In this document: positions 26,901-48,014 of the stretch, piece after piece
Layout of the letters: the number at the start of each line of letters is the position of its first letter
Numbering within the stretch: the first letter of the stretch is position 1
DNA from: Trichoplax adhaerens
Taxonomy: Eukaryota; Animalia; Placozoa
Direction: 5' to 3'
Length of the DNA: 64,000 nt
Assembly: GCF_000150275.1 (NCBI RefSeq)
Contig: NW_002060949.1
Coordinates: 2,353,836 to 2,417,835, forward strand
The notes under the pieces: generated by a model
Databases searched by the model: none
Told to the model about the DNA's origin: nothing
What the model saw: the letters and a program-made list of their open reading frames with translations, nothing else
Position numbers and translations under genes: made by a program

Positions 26901-29900
26901 TCGATGAATAAGTTGTAAATTGTATTAAGACTTACCAAATCTCTTATTTGTAAAGTTTGATTGCCCAAACCATCAATTAAAGGTCTGATAAAGAATGATC
27001 CGTTACTGAAAATGAAGTGATCACTACTTGCTACTTTAATAATGACAGTAATTATGTTACCTATAGTCCATTCTTAAAGTGCATAATATTAAAGAACCGA
27101 ATACTGTCCAAATGGCAAGTCCACATTTTTCCCAAGACATTGCTAATACACAGCCATCAGGTGACCATCTGATGCATCTAACAGCTCCAGCAACACTCGA
27201 GACATCTATATAAGTAAATAGCGCTTTTAGCTTAACCAATTTTATATGAAATAAATTCACAAAGTTCAGTTTATAAGACGTAGTTTTCGTTAGCTATAGA
27301 TTACCTATAGGGTCTTTATGTACAAATTTTAGTTTATGCGATAAGTTCAAAGCGCCGGTGACCTCATCTAGGTTATAGGCTGCGGCTTGTCCGCTATAAG
27401 AGTATGCATTTTAAGAGAATTTTTACGTATTCAGTAAAGTTTTGGACTGAACTTCTATCATGACAGTATGTTAATATTTTGATTAAGCTGCAATACACAC
27501 TTGGAAAGGCCAAAAACTATAAAACGATATTTATTGTTGATTGCAATACATGTAGCGGTTGAAGTATTCTTCGCCCAGACAGCATATAAACTCTACAAGT
27601 TAGAAAATGAATAATATGCCATAAAGCGAATCTTTAAATTCAATTCCGAATTTAGCCAAACTACGATAGTTTGTCTTTGTACACAAATAGCAAAAGGTAC
27701 GTATAGCTACTTAGCTTACATTTGGAGATACAGTGGGAGCACTGCATAATACGAAAGCGCCCCTACCGTCTTCAAGAATAATTGCATACCCATGAAGTGA
27801 TCGGCTATATTCAATGGCAATAATGTATGAATCATCCGGGCTTAAGAATGACGCTAGAAAGACAAAGATCAATCTTAAAAGAGGTTATGCTGTACGCGTA
27901 CATTGAAGAATAGAATTATGCTAAAGAATGAATTTATATTTTATCGTTTTAAAAAAGACCTTTTGCATTTGATTGATCTGCCGAAAATGGTATGTTATTA
28001 ATTTGAACAGTTAATTGAGCATATAGCAATCCATCCCACTTATAATGAAAAATATTGCCACCTCTCGTTGTTACAATTATTTCCTCTTGACGACATATGA
28101 TGCTATCCAATTGGTTATACAGTTAAATAACGAAGGAAAAATATACAACGGTTACAATGCATATACTACATTTTACCTATAAAATAATAAAAGTACTATA
28201 ACTGATGACAAGACTACGATATAAACTATATATAATTCGAACTGTTAAAGTCGCCTAAGTACAAACTCTGTTGTTCCATCTTTGATTGGTACACCACACT
28301 TGAAATTAAGCGTCCATGAAGGAACAACGCCAAGGTCTTCGCTAACTACTTCTGAACGTATAACTCTAAAAGTAATATCCACCATTTCAAGTATATTAAT
28401 CAATACTGCATTGTTGTATCTAATACACTTGTAAAGCAAAGGCAAATAGGACGCAAATACTGTAGAACTGAATACCTTTTCGATTTGATGCGATAAAGTT
28501 CGTGATCTTTCTGATTTAAAGAATCTTTACAAACGTTTAATATGACTATAAAGCCTTTATTAGTCTACAAGAGAATCAAAATAAGTATAATTATTTTTTA
28601 GCATCGTATTAAATAAGAGTTACACCTATTTGACAGTGCAATTATTTGTGACAACTAAATAAGGGATGATTCACGCATAATAAACATTATCTGTAAGAGT
28701 ATTACTTAGAGTACATTTCCATTGCTTAGCTATCTGCAACGACGTTATATACTGTACAGTAGTTGAAATTATACGTACTATTCACAGGACCAAGGTGGCG
28801 TAATTATCACAAAATTATCATTATTACCATCATTATGCTTACATCGTGTAGCATTTTAATTGTATAGTTCATACTCGTCATGTTTACATCGTGGTATCAC
28901 AGGCATTATAAAAATAAGTACGGTAATATTACTTGTTGATTGACCATCTGATAAAGAAGCAACTTGGTTATGCTGTAATTATGCCTGCTTTTCAACGTCG
29001 GAATTGCATTTGCAAGTGTAATACTACAGCTACAATATGTGCACAACGTAGATCGTAGTTTGCTATAATCTTAACTGCAAAAATAATTTTTTATGTTAGA
29101 GCACGATGATGGCTAAATGATAGGTAATAGTATTATTACATTTCTATTAAGTTGCAATCTACCAGCATACCTTATCTATTAATACCGTAATGATATCAAT
29201 TAAAAAGTTTGATTCGACTGAATTAATCAATAGATGCTAGCAATGGTACTACAAAAATAAGATGTACTGTACACTAAAGAAGATCCTTATAATTGAGTGA
29301 TATCTGCCTTGCTAACTTACCCTAATTGCGAGAGCCGAAGCGTCAGATTTCCAATGGAGATCAACAAAATATCCCATTTGTTTTAAAGCACGTTCCGGCC
29401 AAACATATACGGCTATTAAAGCTCTGGGCTGAAATTAAAGTTTACATAAATAGGATCAAATATCAAATAGAGAATTTTGTAAAGTGACCCTGCTACTATA
29501 CATTGGATTTGCTGCTACATTATCTTTTCGTAGACATCAGATGTCTCTTTTAAACAGCTACAAGTTATTTTAAGATTACTTGGCATGAGTCATTTGATAG
29601 GCTGTAACTTAATTGTAATTAATTTTTAAAAAAACTAGTAGAAGAAGTTATTGGAAACAAGCGCATAGGTAGGGCCAAGAATACCATTTATTGGTGAATA
29701 ATACTGTCTTGTAGTCAGTATTGGGCAGTGATCACACTTTTGCAATGCTTTATTCTTATCAATTAGCACGAGCTTTGTCCACAATGGCAGGAGTGAATTT
29801 AATTAATTCAATATGTGTATATTCAGATATAATGTATGTTGGCTATGGCCTAATTCAATCACGCGCTAATGCATATACAACGTAGCAAGAATTTGTATAC

Positions 29901-31756
29901 CCAGTTGATCAAGCTCAACCATGGTTAAATCATATTAAGGCAGCGAATTTTAATTTAGTGAAAAAGTCTTTCTTAGATAAAAATGGCGAATTAAATTGAA
30001 TTGAATGTATCCTGTAAAGTAATCATGTTGAACAAGCTAGTGATAAAGTGTTGCTGTTTTAATGTTAAAGAGCTACTCCTGCCATTCGCGAGTAGTGAAA
30101 ATTAACAAGAAAAGAGAATAATGAGTAGATCAATACGTTTGCTAATGTACAAGTAAAATTGATCCAAACAGACACAACAATAAGCTAACTAGAATGAATT
30201 ACTGCTGGCATCCATTAACCTAGTTGCATGCGTATATAATTATCAATGAGCCTAATGGAATAAATGATTAGTCAATGATCTGTCCCAATTGGATGGATGT
30301 GAAATTGCGTAAGATGTAAACCAGCTGAACTGCATACACTATTTCCTAGCAGTAACTATTTGGGTCTTGATGTTAAAGGGCGACTGGACAGATCACTTAA
30401 TGGAATAAATGATTAGTCAATGATCTGTCCCAATTGGATGGATGTGAAATTGCGTAAGATGTAAACCAGCTGAACTGCACACACTATTTCCTAGCAGTGA
30501 GTACAGTAATTGGGTCTTGATGTTCGGATGATTCGAGAGATAACTGGAAGGGAGAGCAAATCCCTTGATGGTTTTATTATTGATTGGCAGCTTAACGGGG
30601 TACAACGGATAAAAAAGCCTTAGGATGATCAACCATGGAAGAATGAGCATGGGGATGAGAAATGAAAGTCATCTTTGACTATAAGCCATTCTTGTTATGA
30701 TCATCGTAAGTGATAGGATATATCACCATGACAGTGTGTTTGCGTTCTCGAGTAGGTAGTTTGAAATTGGATTAGGTAGCTTGTACTCTATTGTTGTCGT
30801 CGAATGTTAGGGTTATCAGTAGATAGTGTAGAATCCAGTAGAATGCTTGTCATGATGATTGAGATAGCAATGATGATGATCATCATTGCATGGACAGGAT
30901 TCAATGAATTCTCTATACTGTACACTTGGGTTTATGTTACAGGGATTGCTTAATGAAAGGAGCAGAACTACTCCTAAGGCAATGGTTATGAACGTTAATA
31001 ACTTCTTACGGTACAGTGATGTTATCACTTTTATCCTAATTTGCCATTGCAAGCTGTACTTACTCTACTCAATCTCTTACCATGACTGGTAGACTAGCAA
31101 TAAGATATTTTATTTTATGGTGATTCTGTTTCTTCAGTCGCTAACTTCAAATTTGACATTGAAATAGTTGTTATGAATTATCCATGTGAGTAGGCAGTCG
31201 TCTTGCTATGACATTTTTATCGTAATTTACCATTGCAAGCTCTATTCTTTCTACTCTATCCCTTAAAATGACTGATAGACTAGCAATAAGATATCTTAGT
31301 CAATGATAAGTCTGTTTTTTTTAGCACCTAGCTTCAAATTTAAAATTGAAATGGTTGTTATTGTCCATGTGAGTAGGCATTCATCTTGAATAGTCATAAC
31401 AACCATATGGGAAAATATCATCCTTCAACCGACTGCTATCCAACGTGCATTTGTTCTATAGCTTTTTACTCATCAATAACATTTGTATCAAAGTAGAAGA
31501 TAGACTACTAGAGTGAACTATAATGTATGGAACTAGAAATAGATGGAAATACATGCTTTTTTCCTTCTTTCAAAGAGAGAAAAGTAAAATGGCAAAAACT
31601 TACTCGATGATTCCATAAGCAGACCGTTGTAGCTGAAACTGTGGCAATAACACGACGTTCTCGACTGGAACGCACTGCCAATATTGGACCAATATTCTTG
31701 ATGCTGCTAGTCTTGCTAGCGCTAAATTTTTTCGGCCAACCGACTGCGTAATACAT
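20915..31756 (-). CDS. RIC1: RIC1 (KIAA1432), subunit of the RIC1-RGP1 Rab6 guanine nucleotide exchange factor
   Basis: About 36 phase-consistent GT-AG exons from 31756-31604 to 21203-20915. N-terminus [11 protein letters not shown]40-like segments such as [49 protein letters not shown] and [15 protein letters not shown]1 domain [90 protein letters not shown]. Confidence 0.96.
30253..30524. repeat. Two-copy direct repeat, period 145 bp, in RIC1 intron 1
   Basis: TAATGGAATAAATGATTAGTCAATGATCTGTCCCAATTGG...CCTAGCAGT at 30253 and 30398, nearly identical. Confidence 0.93.
31029..31388. repeat. Two-copy diverged direct repeat, period about 186 bp, in RIC1 intron 1
   Basis: TTTTATC.TAATTT.CCATTGCAAGCT...AGACTAGCAATAAGATAT...CCATGTGAGTAGGCA at about 31029 and 31215. 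Confidence 0.85.
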
Positions 31757-33230
31757 GAACGATTCCTGGACTACTAATAGAGCAATAACTTTGTAAAATA
31801 ACGCAGCGGTGGCTATTTACTTGAAGCAAGAGAGAGAGGAAAAAATGGAGAAAGTAGAGCCTACTGTGATGGTTTTCCGGCATCAATGCTTTGATTACCA
31901 ATAGTGCTAAACTTACCACCGGATCCGATCGAGACCTGGCTTTGCCTTGGCTCCAACACCCTACAGTATTGTATGGCATGGGAGTGTAGTTGCAGTAGTG
32001 GGCCTGGATGGGCCCAGATTGCAGTACAGTCGATTCAAGTACTGTACACTGTACACTGTGTACAGTACAGTCAATGTGGGCCCATGACATTATTTTTGCT
32101 AGCCGTCGATCTTGACGGTGCTCTACCGCATACTATAGCACAGTATCCAGTGTAACGATCTACTGTATCGTATTACTGTTGAAGCTTGATGGGAACATTT
32201 GACACTTGGATGGCCTAATGCATACAGTACGTTAATTTAGTCTACAATCGCTCGCAAAAATAATGTCGCCTTACAGGTCCACAGTGTAACACCAACCAGA
32301 CCATTTGTACCATTTGTGTAGTCAAACTTGAGCTTCAAACTTGAGCTTCAAACTTGAGCTTCAAACTTGAGCTTCAGACTTGAGCTTCAGACTTGAGCTT
32401 CAGACTTGAGCTTCAGACTCAGCTTCAGACAGAAGCTTCAGACTTGAGCTTCAGCCTCAGCTTCAGACAGAAGCTTCAGACTCACAGGTCCACAGTGTAA
32501 CACCAACTAGACCATTTGTATAGTCAAGCTTGAGCTTCAGACTTGAGCTTCAGACAGAAACTTCAGACTTCAGCTTCAGACTTCAGCTTCAGACTCAGCT
32601 TCAGATAGAAGCTTCAGACTTGAGCTTCAGACAGATACTCCTTGTCCAGTCCACTACAGTACACTGAGTACAGTACTGTATAGTGGATTGCAGTTACAGT
32701 AAAAGTACTGTACGAACATTGCACAGTACAGTACAAGTCATTCATGCCAACACCAACTTCGACATTTTGTAACGGTACTGTACACTGTAGCGTATAGTCA
32801 TTAGTCAAGCAGTAGCCTCAGACAGATGCTGTACTGTACTCGGTTTCGTCGACTGGACTCCTGCTATGGACTACCAGCCAGAGTGCAACCGGTACTGGAC
32901 TCCAATTTTCATACTAAAACCACTTAGAACGATACTCCATACGCCATGACGGCAATCGCTCTCTCCGATCGCACATGTACAGTTGTAGTCTTCTACTCGC
33001 ATACTTGGCATGACTGGACAGCTGACGTCCTCTATACAGACTGAAGACAGCCCGAGAGAGCGTCAACCACGGTAGAGTGAGTGACTCTAGCAGTCGTCAA
33101 GCCTGGCGACATTCATTCGTGCAAGCTTGACCCTTCCTTGCACTTCACCAGTGGCCTTTGCTTTCTTTCATCAAATCATTCAGCTTGTTACAGCAGATTG
33201 ACTATCAGGTAGTCTGCAAGCGATTGGATC
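31757..33230. promoter_or_regulatory. Putative bidirectional promoter and 5' UTR region shared by RIC1 and DOT1L
   Basis: Divergent ATGs 1.47 kb apart, visibly higher GC than the flanks, ACAGT islands at about 31960-32070 and 32645-32840 around a central minisatellite. Confidence 0.7.
32273..32632. repeat. Two-level minisatellite: 211-bp higher-order unit made of a unique head plus an array of 11-13-bp (A/G)ACTTGAGCTTCA monomers
   Basis: Head ACAGGTCCACAGTGTAACACCAAC.AGACCATTTGTA at 32273 and 32484, each followed by repeated CTTGAGCTTCAGA, CTCAGCTTCAGA and CAGAAGCTTCAGA variants. Confidence 0.93.
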
Positions 33231-41493
<8,263 letters not shown>

Positions 41494-42559
41494 AGATCTT
41501 TATGACCGAAATGAGGATTACCAAAAGAACGATACGATTAACTTCTATTAATGTGATATTTAAGTTGTAGAAAGAAATTTATGTAAATATTATACAGTTG
41601 ACTTCGAGTTTATACGAATGTTACCGATACTATGCAAATAGAGCGCATTTTAGAAACATTCAAGTGATAACTGAAAAGTGTTTGAAAAATTTTTCTTTTA
41701 TCGCAGTCTCTCCAACAAGATTCTTACTATATTATATTGTTTAAGAAGCGATTTACTCTCCATATTGTGCTGTACTCTGTAAATTGCTCCTTAGATCGTT
41801 ATTTAATTTCGAAAGATAATTGACGTCAAAATACTTGATAGCCTCGAACGTGAATTATCCAAATTTCAGGCCTACCTTCAGTAGTACTGGCGTATTTGTG
41901 TTTCAAGCAAACATAGCAAAAAGGTTATTATATTATTTGTGCTGTACTATACGCAAGATAGGGAGAAGCTCAGGAATGACCTTAGCGAATATAAAATCAC
42001 ATTATGAACAAAATTGTATGTTTTATGGTACATTAAAAATTGCATAACTTATAAAGATGTTTCTTGCTACGGTAGCAAATGGAAACTAGTGCAGAAATTA
42101 TGTAATTACTGTGTTACGAAAAATTTTGGCAATAAAATCTAATCCGCTGTTAACAATTACCAACTTTATATTACAGGTATACCACAATCTATAATCTTGT
42201 ATTCGACATATCAATACATGCACTATACGCGTATAAAATCGATTGTTCTTTAAACTAATGATTGCAGATAGGACTAATTTTCTAGAAACAAGATAGCGGA
42301 GGTTATATCTGAACAACGTACATCTGAGATTCTTGAACTTCGTCATTTGCTGTTTACAAATTTTGAAGGACGTTCATAATACTGTATATTATCGACATAT
42401 TCGTGTTCTAACTGTAATAAAACAATCTTTTAATTTTCACTGCATTCTTAGGTATTGACAATATGGCCATTTCAGAAGATTACTATTGCAGTACTAAATT
42501 GAACTTTAATTTTTGCTTGCATTGCCGCCATGCAAAGAAATTGGCGCGGGCACTGTTTC

Positions 42560-43145
42560 ATTCTCATGCTCAATACAGTATTGTGTCGATTATATCCTAT
42601 TAAGGCAAACATTTTCCGTACATAACTTAGCTATAGGATCAAAGTAAACGGAAGTAAAACTTTATAGTAGTGTACTAAAATACTGTATTTTACTTAGCAA
42701 ACACGTACGCAATGTCTCATGAGAACGATGTTCGACTAATTGTTGTGGATTATTATAATTGAGTCCTGTTGTACAGTATTATAACTCGTACAAGTAGCTA
42801 TCCTTTCTTTGGGTAGATCTACTTCTCATACTCGATACAGCATCATACAGTATGTCGACTATAGCCTACAGTATTAACGCAAACGTGTCAGGAGTTAGTT
42901 TAGCTAAAAGATCAAACTAATTACACGAGTAAATTACATTATATTAAATGATTTTGCCATGCTGCACGATATTATGGTTAGCATTCATTCTTCATACGAG
43001 TATAAAGAGTAGATCTGATTCTCATGCTCGATACAGCATATGTTAATTATAGCTCATTAACGCAAACATGTCATTAGATTAGCTACAAGATCAAATTAAT
43101 TATAGGTTATACCCTAATTATCGAGTTGCACGATATTATGGCTAG
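42560..43145. repeat. Degenerate direct repeat, about 3 copies
   Basis: TTCTCATGCTCGATACAG...ATTAACGCAAAC...TAGCTA.AAGATCAAA at about 42561, 42823 and 43019. Confidence 0.8.
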
Positions 43146-43157
43146 TATATACTGGAT

Positions 43158-43830
43158 AGAGAAGATCTCATGGCTGTAAATATTACTTATAGCATTTATA
43201 ATTTCATTCTTGCATTGATTATTCCTTTAATCTGCACCTATGGCAAAAGTTGTAAATCTTATATCTTAGCTGTTAAATAAATATTCACATATATTCTTCA
43301 ATTAATTAATTATACTATAATTAATTGAAGAATAGATCTCGCTGCTAAAATGTTACTTATAGCATAATAATTTCATTATTGCATAGAGCACTCCTTCAAC
43401 AACGCTTATACCAAAATTGTAAATTTTACATTCTAACTATTAAATCATTGAGGAGTAGATCTTGCAATTATGAACATTACTTATAACATTAAAACTTCTT
43501 TTTCATGCCTAGAGTACTCCTTTAATTGCATGTATAGCAAATATAAATCTTGTATCCTAACAACTGAACTACTAAAGAGCGGATCTCTTGGCTATAACCA
43601 CTACTTATAGCATTTACAAATATCTATGCCGTATATTGAATCGTTGGAGAGTAGATCTCGCGGCTGAAATGCTATTTACACAGTAGCACTATAACTTTAT
43701 TTTTGCATCGAATACTCCTTAACTTGCACCTATAAAGAAATTGTAAATCTTACATCCTATTTATTGAATTGTTAAGGAGTAGATCTTGTGGCTAAAAGCA
43801 TTATAATTTCATTTTTGCATAGAACGCTCT
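43158..43830. repeat. Degenerate tandem array, about 125-bp unit, about 6 copies
   Basis: GAGTAGATCTC.TGGCT...TTACTTATAGCAT...TGCATAGAGTACTCCTT...TTGTAAATCTTA.ATCCTA at about 43158, 43328, 43452, 43577 (partial), 43649 and 43777. Confidence 0.85.
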
Positions 43831-44710
43831 TTGAGCTGCGTCTATGAGGAAGTTGAAATTGTAGCGTTGTAGCCTATTTGGGAGACTATATCAAAGTAGA
43901 CCGTGATAGAGGATTGCGCCTCGCTGTAGTGAGATCCTTCATGATCTCTACCAATGAATTAATCATGGAACGAAATTGATCTCATTAACTACGATTAAGT
44001 AAAATTGGATTTAGTGCAATCGCATGGATCTTATAGAGACGGTAATACAGCCAATCCTTACTCAACAGACGGGTACTAGGATCCCCCTTTCCTTTAATTC
44101 TTATACACCTATAGGAATGTAAATCTAAGACTACATAAGTTATTACTATCGATTCCAAGTTGGCCGATGTAGGTTATTCATTCTATTCTATCCATTTCTG
44201 GTTAGGAAAGTTAAAGAAGTATATAGTAGGCTACGTTTCCACATGAATAGCATAAATGATTTACAGTCATGATGAATATCCACTGTAGGCGATGTATAAA
44301 TGAGTCTATATCGGCACAAGCTAAAGAGAAAGTAAACTAGGGCATGCCATGGAGGATAAGGTTCAATATTAAACATTTGGGGACCACATTAACTCTTTCG
44401 TTCATTCATATATACGAGTGCCAGCATAATTAGGTTATTATGCTATCGTACAGATAAGCTAAACGATATTAGTTGTACTAATTTAGTTAGCTTTGAGTAG
44501 AATACAAATCACCAGTGTCATCATAATATATCACTATCAATATCAAGTCATGCTCGATAGGCTTGCGGTAGTCAAAGCCATAACTTGAAGAAAAAGAAAG
44601 AAATCCGCCTTTATTCAATGGTGGAGGGAACAGAAAGCCATCCATAAATCGCCCAGGGCATAAAATCTGCATGCAGACTCGCCAACAAGAATTAATGCCT
44701 AGATACTCTT

Positions 44711-45117
44711 CTATTGCTATGCGGCACTAAAATGGAAAAGTAGACATAAATATCAAAATGATGAATTGAATACAACCGTTCCATTTCCATCAATCTGTTG
44801 ATGGAAAGATGTCGACATGTTGACTACAAAGATTGCAACCATTACTGTACTGCACTCTCTGCTCTCTACAATAAATACAATGAAAACTATGAATAAAAAC
44901 TGTTTGGCTTGATGGGTCTTCCATTGCTATAGTGTACTACGATATGGAAAAGTAGACACAAACATCAGAATGATGAACTGAATACAGACGTCTATTTCTA
45001 TCATTCCGTTAATAAAAAGATGTTGTCTATAGAGGTGACTACCCTTTACAGAACTGCACTGCACTCTCTCCTCCTCTACAACAAATACAAGAAAACGATG
45101 GCTAAAAGCCGCTTGGT
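44711..45117. repeat. Two-copy diverged direct repeat, period about 210 bp
   Basis: ATTGCTAT...ATGGAAAAGTAGACA.AAA.ATCA.AATGATGAA.TGAATACA...CTGCACTCTCT..CTCTACAA.AAATACAA at about 44713 and 44923. Confidence 0.85.
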
Positions 45118-46618
45118 TTAATTTCTAGAACTAGTCCGAGTTGTATTTCACCTGTATCGTCAGACTTATCGATGCTCATCGGTAAGGAAATTCTCATCTT
45201 AATAAATGTTCAACACTGCAATCATACTAGATACACACTAGCATAAAAGAGTGATGGCGATTTATTAAATCAGATGACACGCAGAAGAAACATCATTCGA
45301 TACATCAATATGGCCTACTCTAGTTGACAAATTATTTTGGGGCAAGAAAGACAACGTCATGCTTGTGCAGTAGACTGAAGAAATGGCGAATGTACTGTAA
45401 AGTGATGTCAAGAAGAATTTTGTCTAAACCTTCACCTATACTGGTATTAATTAATTATTACTGTAAAATGGTAGCCGTAGTCACAGATTAGTACTCCATC
45501 AATGGCGTACCTATATTGACATTTACCTAGCCATTCTAGATCATTGCCGTGTGATTATAAACGATCACTGCAAAATAAATTGCAGTCATTGATATTCGTT
45601 TCGTTGCTGCACGGTTAAAATTGGACAACCCTTCTACAGTGGGCAGGAAAACGCTAGCGAAGACAGGACTGTTATGTTAACTGGAATAGAAATTTCCTTG
45701 GTGACCATACCGACTATGCAAGATGTCTTAAAGGTCGCTGATGGATAAACGTTCCATACTGGAGACCATGAATGCTAGTCGAAACTTTTCAAACCAGTCT
45801 ATCGCCTTTAAAACTATTTTGGCTGCAACTCAATCTGTTCGTGGCAAAGCAATTGTCCATTCGTTTAACCACTGCAAAAAGCAAGTGAATTTTTTCATCA
45901 AGGTCTGAAAACGCTTTCTTCTGCTTACTCAGGCAAACTTCCATGGAGAACTGTTACATCTTTTGGCCCATGAGTAGCTCATGCTGACGAATTGTCAGTT
46001 TCAACTGTAGGCCTTAAAGCAACAGTCGTTGAATTTTAAGAGCTGCAGCCATAAGCCAGAGGGACTGGGACCAATTCTATTCTAATCAAGCATGGACGCG
46101 GTATTGATGAGTCTCTACTCACGCATGCCTGTTGACGAAAAATGGCGGATTAAAGGTCAAGAGTTTATACTCAGTGTTGTTAATTAATTTATATTGAACA
46201 ATTCAGCCCTATGTAAGCAATGTCTGTAATAATTCTTTGTTTTGTGCTAGACTATATCATAACATAGAGTACTTAATGAAAAAGCAGTTGCTGCTAAAAA
46301 TGCCTTCGACTTGTCCAACACCAGCGTCGAGCAAAATAATGGCTACACCGAAGGCTACCCCATATTGGTCATGAATGAAAATAACGAATTGATGCAAGAT
46401 TTTACGGCAGAGTGAGACAATCTATCTACCATAATGACATTATTACTAACAGAGTTTATCCATTCTACCTTATAATATACTTAGAGCATCGTAAATCGAA
46501 TTAATGATGGCACAGTATCATAGCCAGGCATTATTTTACTAACAGCAATACTATACGCTAGGGAAATATTTGCAGTAGGCGGTGGAGGATAGGGTAAAAA
46601 TGTTTTAGTCAAATGATG

Positions 46619-47272
46619 GCTATGTCGAAAGCTATTCAATGAATGCAAGCAACGACTGAGTGAATTTATTTCATGATTAAGAGCGACAAAATTACTTTCT
46701 TCACGCTATAACGTAGCATCTCTTGACAACAACGCGTTGCAATATAAGTATCGAGTAAAATTCTGACTACGGTACGTCCAGTATATCGAAGGCTAGTTAA
46801 AACAAGTCAGTCTTAACGACTGAAAAATGAAAGACTTTACTTCAAGGGCAAGAAGGATAGAATGATTGCGCGAAGCAAGAATTTGAGTATAACCTTTATT
46901 GGACGCGACGTGTAGTAAAATAGCAACTATGATGAGTGATTGAAGTCTACGAAACCAATTGGCCATAAGGTAGAGTAAAATAGTGACTGTGGTGATTGGT
47001 TAAAGGTTGCTAAACCAATTGGCCATAACGTTGAGTAAAATAGTAACTATGGCGAAGGCGACTAAATTAACGTCAAAGTAAACAACGACTGAGTGAAAGA
47101 TTTTACTACAAGGGCAAGAAGGATAAAATGTTTCAACGAAGCAAGAATATTGACTACGACGTTTAGTAAAATAGGGACTATCTTGAAGTGCTATTGAACC
47201 AATTGGCCATAGTATTGCGTAAACTAATAACTATGTCGAGGGCTATTTAATGAATACAAGCAACGACTGAAT
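46619..47272. repeat. Degenerate nested repeat with AACCAATTGGCCATA sub-units
   Basis: AACCAATTGGCCATA at about 46953, 47013 and 47197. CAAGGGCAAGAAGGATA at about 46843 and 47109. CTATGTCGA..GCTATT.AATGAAT.CAAGCAACGACTGA at about 46620 and 47231. Confidence 0.8.
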
Positions 47273-48014
47273 AAATCATTGGCACAAATTGATCAATTAC
47301 CATCATCACGCCGTAGCTATTGTCGATGAATGGAGAAACATTTCCATCACTCCTCCACGGATTACATTCGAAGATCTTCGTTGTCTATCCACCTCTGAAT
47401 TGAATAAGATGCTTTACTTCCGGATTCAACTATATCTACCTGTGCACCTCTGTAATTACCTTTATCCTATGAAAATGTCGTCGAAGGTTAAAAATCGATT
47501 TTCTTTCACCTCCAAAAAATGATCGCCATCATACTGCAAGCTCCACCTGGTCTGTCGGCATCATCATAAGAGACAATAGTATACTTTACATCTGTATCAT
47601 CACTAGTCTAGTACCAACCGGAATCCATTAAAAAAAGAATTTAAACTGCACAGGCTTTCATCAATCGCTGTATTTTAGTAGATGATGAACTAGCTATAGT
47701 TATTCATGAATGTTGGGCTATATTCAGATTGAGATTTAGGATTTAATTTACAGTATTCTATTAGTGCTATATTCAATGGCCATGAAAATACCAATGACTG
47801 CAGAGTGCAATCATCGCCAGCTTGAGCTATCGGCAATCTTGAAATACATATGTATGCCTAATATCGATTCATTTATTTATTTATTTACCGTCAAATAGTT
47901 ACTGATCAACTTTTAGGAATACTGTAGCATTATTTTAAATTGAATGTATTGCAGCCCAACATTATCATAATAATTTCAATTTTAATAGTAAGCAACCAGC
48001 AGTCACATTTCCAC

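Noticed and set aside
31722-32155. ORFs 31722-32090 and 31904-32155
   Set aside because: They overlap the RIC1 5' region and the pentamer island, with no recognisable protein features.
32325-32632. Heat-shock element array (GAAGCTTC)
   Set aside because: Only isolated nGAAnnTTCn pairs occur; the third correctly phased pentamer is absent.
44755-45117. C/D box snoRNA pair (ATGATGA in both repeat copies)
   Set aside because: No matching terminal CTGA D box with a closing stem was found, and the region is intergenic.
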